From Candidatus Saccharimonadota bacterium (GTDB lineage: Bacteria; Pseudomonadota; Gammaproteobacteria; Enterobacterales; Enterobacteriaceae), in the NCBI RefSeq assembly GCF_012562765.1, contig NZ_CP046226.1, positions 450,001 to 482,000 on the forward strand: a stretch of 32,000 nt of DNA. Reading direction: 5' to 3'. The notes beneath the pieces were generated by a model. That model was not told the origin of the DNA and did no database searches. It was given only the letters and a program-made list of their open reading frames with translations. The translations under genes were made by a program, and so were the position numbers. Below, piece after piece: positions 28,590 to 32,000 of the stretch; the stretch's first letter is position 1; each line of letters starts with the position of its first letter.

Positions 28590-30347
28590 TTATTTTTCTG
28601 TTATACATAATAATCCTAATTCTTTTAAAATATATTTATTAATAAAATTTGGTGATTGAGTCATCAAACATGTTCCTGAAGTAGTTTTAGGAAAAACAAT
28701 TACGTCACGAATATTATTCGTATTTGAAAGTAACATAACTAATCGATCTAATCCTAAAGCAATTCCTCTATGAGGTGGCGTACCAAATTTTAAAGCTTCT
28801 AAAAAAAAACCAAAATCTTTTTTTTGTATTTGTCTATCTATTTTTAAAATATCAAATATTATTTGTTGTACTTTATTATTATAAATTCTTCCTGATCCAC
28901 TACCAATCTCATATCCATTAATTACTATATCATATGAATCAGATATAATATTTTCTGGATTATTTTGTAAATCATCTATATTAAATTTTATTGGACATGT
29001 AAATGGGTGATGCATTGAAATAAGTTTTCCTATTTTATCTTTTTTAAATAAAGGAAAATTAATAACCCATAATGGAAACCATGTATTTTTTTCTATTAGA
29101 TTAAAATCTACAGATAATTTTTTTCTTAAAATTCCCATAGAACTTAATGTTCCATTAATCTGTTCTGTTCCTAAAAAAATTAAATCATGATTATTAGCTT
29201 TATTACGTAAAATAATATTTTTTGATATTTCATCATTTATAAAAAATTCTGATTTATTATTTTTATTAGATAAATTAATTAAATTATGATTTTTAACTTT
29301 AAAAATATTAAGATTATTAGTACCATATTTATTAATATATAATTTATAATTATCTAATTTCTTATTATTTATGTTTTTTAAATATTTATTATTAATACAA
29401 ATTGATACTATCCTATTAAAAATATTATTTTTAATTTTATTATTTTTTTTAATAAATAAATTTGTTAAATCTATTAATTTTAATGGATTTCTTAAATCAG
29501 GTTTATCTGTACCATAAGTACTCATAGCATTATGAAAAGTTATTACAGAAAATTTTTCTAGTGAAATGTTTATTATTTTTTTCCATAAATGACATAGCAT
29601 TTTTTCTATTAAATTTTTAAAATCATTAAAATTAACAAAAGAAGCTTCTATATCAACTTGAGTAAATTCTGGTTGGCGATCTGATCTTAAATCTTCATCA
29701 CGAAAACATTTAGCAATCTGATAATAACGATCTAATCCAGCAATCATTAATAATTGTTTAAAAATTTGAGGAGATTGTGGTAATGCATAAAATTTGTTTT
29801 TATGTATTCGACTAGGAACTAAATAATCTCTAGATCCCTCTGGGGTAGATTTTGTTAAAATTGGTGTTTCAATATTTAAAAATTTATTTTTTTCTAAAAA
29901 TAATCTAATTATACTTGTAATAATTGATCTATTTTTTATTATTTTTAACATTTTAAATTGTCTAAGATCTAAATATCTATATTTTAATCTAATTTCTTCT
30001 GTATTTAAAATATTATTATCAATAGGTAACGCTTTAGATTTATTTATTATAAATAAATTAGACGCTACTATTTCTATTTTTTTTGTTGATAAATTTAAAT
30101 TTTTATTTATTTTTTTAACTACCTTACCTATTATTTTTACACAAAAATTATTACGTAATGTTGAAGCTAATTTAAATATTGTTTTATTTGAAGATGTAAA
30201 AATAATTTGTATAATACCTTCTCTATCTCTTAAATTAATAAAAATTAATTTACCTAAATTTATATAATTATCTATCCAACCATAAAGTATTATTTCTTGA
30301 TTTATATGTGTTAAATTAATTTCTCCACAATAAATTCTATTTTTCAT
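28590..30347 (-). CDS. aspS: Aspartate-tRNA ligase
   Basis: The ORF is 585 aa (E. coli AspS is 590 aa). RLKYRYLDLR, TPEGSRDYLVPSR, FYALPQSPQIFKQLLM, CFRDEDLRSDRQPEFTQVD (class II motif 2), GTPPHRGIALGLDRLVMLL (motif 3) and IRDVIVFPKT are present. Confidence 0.95.
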   Translation of the reverse strand: MKNRIYCGEINLTHINQEIILYGWIDNYINLGKLIFINLRDREGIIQIIFTSSNKTIFKLASTLRNNFCVKIIGKVVKKINKNLNLSTKKIEIVASNLFIINKSKALPIDNNILNTEEIRLKYRYLDLRQFKMLKIIKNRSIITSIIRLFLEKNKFLNIETPILTKSTPEGSRDYLVPSRIHKNKFYALPQSPQIFKQLLMIAGLDRYYQIAKCFRDEDLRSDRQPEFTQVDIEASFVNFNDFKNLIEKMLCHLWKKIINISLEKFSVITFHNAMSTYGTDKPDLRNPLKLIDLTNLFIKKNNKIKNNIFNRIVSICINNKYLKNINNKKLDNYKLYINKYGTNNLNIFKVKNHNLINLSNKNNKSEFFINDEISKNIILRNKANNHDLIFLGTEQINGTLSSMGILRKKLSVDFNLIEKNTWFPLWVINFPLFKKDKIGKLISMHHPFTCPIKFNIDDLQNNPENIISDSYDIVINGYEIGSGSGRIYNNKVQQIIFDILKIDRQIQKKDFGFFLEALKFGTPPHRGIALGLDRLVMLLSNTNNIRDVIVFPKTTSGTCLMTQSPNFINKYILKELGLLCITEK

Positions 30348-30482
30348 AATAAATACCTATTATTTAATATTTTATAAAATATTTAAAATTATTATTATAA
30401 AATAAAACAAAATATTTTTATATTTTAATATTAAATTAATTTGATATAATCAAAAAATCAATAATTTAATTAATTAATTAAA

Positions 30483-31631
30483 ATGATAAAAAAAATTTAT
30501 AATTTTGATAAGTTTATTGATAGATCTAATAGTGATAGTTTAAAATGGAATAAATATAATAAAAATATTATTCCTTTATGGATAGCTGATAGTGATTTTT
30601 CTTGTCCTCCATGTATATTAAAAGCATTAAAGGAAAGAATTAATCATGGTATTTTAGGATATGGAATTATTTCAAAAAATTTATCAAATATCATTATTGA
30701 AAGATTATGGAAAAATTATAAATGGAAAATTAATCCTGAATGGATTATATATATTAGTGGAGTTGTTTCTGGATTAAATTTAACTATAAGAGCTTTTACT
30801 ACTAATAAAAATTCTGTAATAATACCTATTCCTATATATCCTCCATTTATATATGCAACTAATTTAGCTCAAAGATCTAAAATATATACAAAATTAATAC
30901 AAATAAATAATAGATTTATTATAGACTGTAATTATTTAAATAAACATATTTATGGTAATGAAAAATTAATAATGTTATGTAATCCACATAATCCAGTAGG
31001 TACATCATATAAATATTATGAATTAGAAAAAATTTTAGAATTTGTTAAAAAATATAATTTAATTGTTTGTTCTGATGAAATACATTGTGATTTAATTTTA
31101 GAAAAAGGAATTCAACACATACCATTTGCGTCTCTTAATAATGATGCTGAACAATGTTCTATAACTCTTATGTCTCCATCTAAATCATTTAATATATCAG
31201 GATTAAATTTTGCAATTGCTATTATTCCTAATAAAAAATTACGTGATACATTTAATTTATTCAAACAAGGAATTAGTCCTAACATAGATATATTATCATG
31301 TATTGCAGCAGAATCTGCATGGAAAAATGGTAATGATTGGTTAAAAAAACAAATTAAGTATTTAAAAATTAATCGTGATCTTTTATTTTATGCAATAAAT
31401 AAACTTCCGTATATAAGTATGTTAAAACCAGAAGCTACATATCTTGGTTGGATTAATTGTTCTAAAATGAATATATTAAATCCAGCACTATATTTTGAAA
31501 AATATGGTATAGGATTATCTTCAGGAAAAGATTTTGGAGATGCAAATTTTATTAGGTTTAATTTTGCTTGTACTCATGATATATTAAAAAAAGCGTTGAA
31601 AAGAATAGAACATGCAATTAATCAATTATAA
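30483..31631 (+). CDS. PLP-dependent C-S lyase of the PatB/MalY family (cystathionine beta-lyase-type aminotransferase class I/II)
   Basis: The ORF is 382 aa. The N-terminus FDKFIDRSNSDSLKWNKY...IPLWIADSDFSCPPCILKALKERINHGILGYG is typical of PatB/MalY. It also has CNPHNPVG, SDEIHCDL and the PLP-lysine motif SPSKSFNISGL. Confidence 0.8.
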   Translation: MIKKIYNFDKFIDRSNSDSLKWNKYNKNIIPLWIADSDFSCPPCILKALKERINHGILGYGIISKNLSNIIIERLWKNYKWKINPEWIIYISGVVSGLNLTIRAFTTNKNSVIIPIPIYPPFIYATNLAQRSKIYTKLIQINNRFIIDCNYLNKHIYGNEKLIMLCNPHNPVGTSYKYYELEKILEFVKKYNLIVCSDEIHCDLILEKGIQHIPFASLNNDAEQCSITLMSPSKSFNISGLNFAIAIIPNKKLRDTFNLFKQGISPNIDILSCIAAESAWKNGNDWLKKQIKYLKINRDLLFYAINKLPYISMLKPEATYLGWINCSKMNILNPALYFEKYGIGLSSGKDFGDANFIRFNFACTHDILKKALKRIEHAINQL

Positions 31632-31672
31632 AAATTAATTTTATTAAAAATTTATTTAATTAGGTAAAATGA

Positions 31673-32000
31673 ATGAATATTAAAAAAATTCTTTCAGATA
31701 ATATTCAAAATGCAATGTTAAAATCAGGTATTCCATCCAAATATAATGTAATGTTACGTCAATGTAAAAAAATAAAATTTGGACATTATCAAGTAAATGG
31801 TATTATACCTGCTGCTATAAAATTAGGTAATAATCCTAAAAAACTAGCTATAAAAGTAATACAAAATATAAATTTAAAAAATGTAATAGAAAAAATAAAA
31901 ATATCACCATTAGGATTTATTAATATTTTCATTAAAAATAAATGGATATCTAAACAAATAAGTTTATTTTTAAATACTCCAAAATTAGGTATTTTAAATA
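31673..32000 (+). CDS. argS: Arginine-tRNA ligase (3' end truncated by window edge)
   Basis: This ORF is not in the track because no stop codon falls in the window. The ATG at 31673, preceded by AGGT, opens a frame with no stop through 32000. It reads MNIKKILSDNIQNAMLKSGIP...LRQCKKIKFGHYQVNG...ISPLGFINIF, colinear with the E. coli ArgS N-terminus (MNIQALLSEKVRQAM...VQFGDYQANG...IAGPGFINIF). The ATG at 31669 hits a stop after 4 codons. Confidence 0.9.
   Translation, partial: MNIKKILSDNIQNAMLKSGIPSKYNVMLRQCKKIKFGHYQVNGIIPAAIKLGNNPKKLAIKVIQNINLKNVIEKIKISPLGFINIFIKNKWISKQISLFLNTPKLGILN

Overview
This is an extremely AT-rich, gene-dense window. The four largest intergenic spacers hand-count at about 4-6% G+C. 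It looks like the genome of an obligate, reduced-genome gammaproteobacterial (Enterobacterales-derived) insect endosymbiont of the Buchnera/Wigglesworthia/Blochmannia kind. The exact organism cannot be named from the sequence alone. I can support 26 protein genes, all core housekeeping: atpD (5' partial), atpC, nrdA, nrdB, an ArcD/YdgI-type arginine:ornithine antiporter, ybgI, ffh, rpsP, rimM, trmD, rplS, recD, recB, recC, lgt, mutH, a TerC-family membrane protein (ygdQ-like), lysA, ygfA (5-formyl-THF cyclo-ligase), ptsH, ptsI, crr, yebC, aspS, a PatB/MalY-type C-S lyase, and argS (3' partial). Several track ORFs are over-extended at the 5' end (recB, lgt, rplS, nrdB, rimM); I corrected those starts by homology. 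The genetic code is standard, since TGA acts as a stop in rpsP and lysA and Trp is encoded by TGG. I found no rRNA, tRNA, CRISPR, IS or other mobile element, prophage, or toxin or defence cluster, and no convincing novel multi-gene system. The observations worth a second look are signatures of genome reduction. These include an intact RecBCD plus MutH in a minimal genome, clean excision of thyA, ptr and other genes from an otherwise E. coli-collinear block, and a retained amino-acid antiporter with a TTG start. They also include a methionine-depleted Ffh M-domain, absence of the 6S RNA gene upstream of ygfA, A10-A12 homopolymers inside CDSs, an (AATTT)7 microsatellite, and one 34-bp perfect palindrome between convergent genes.
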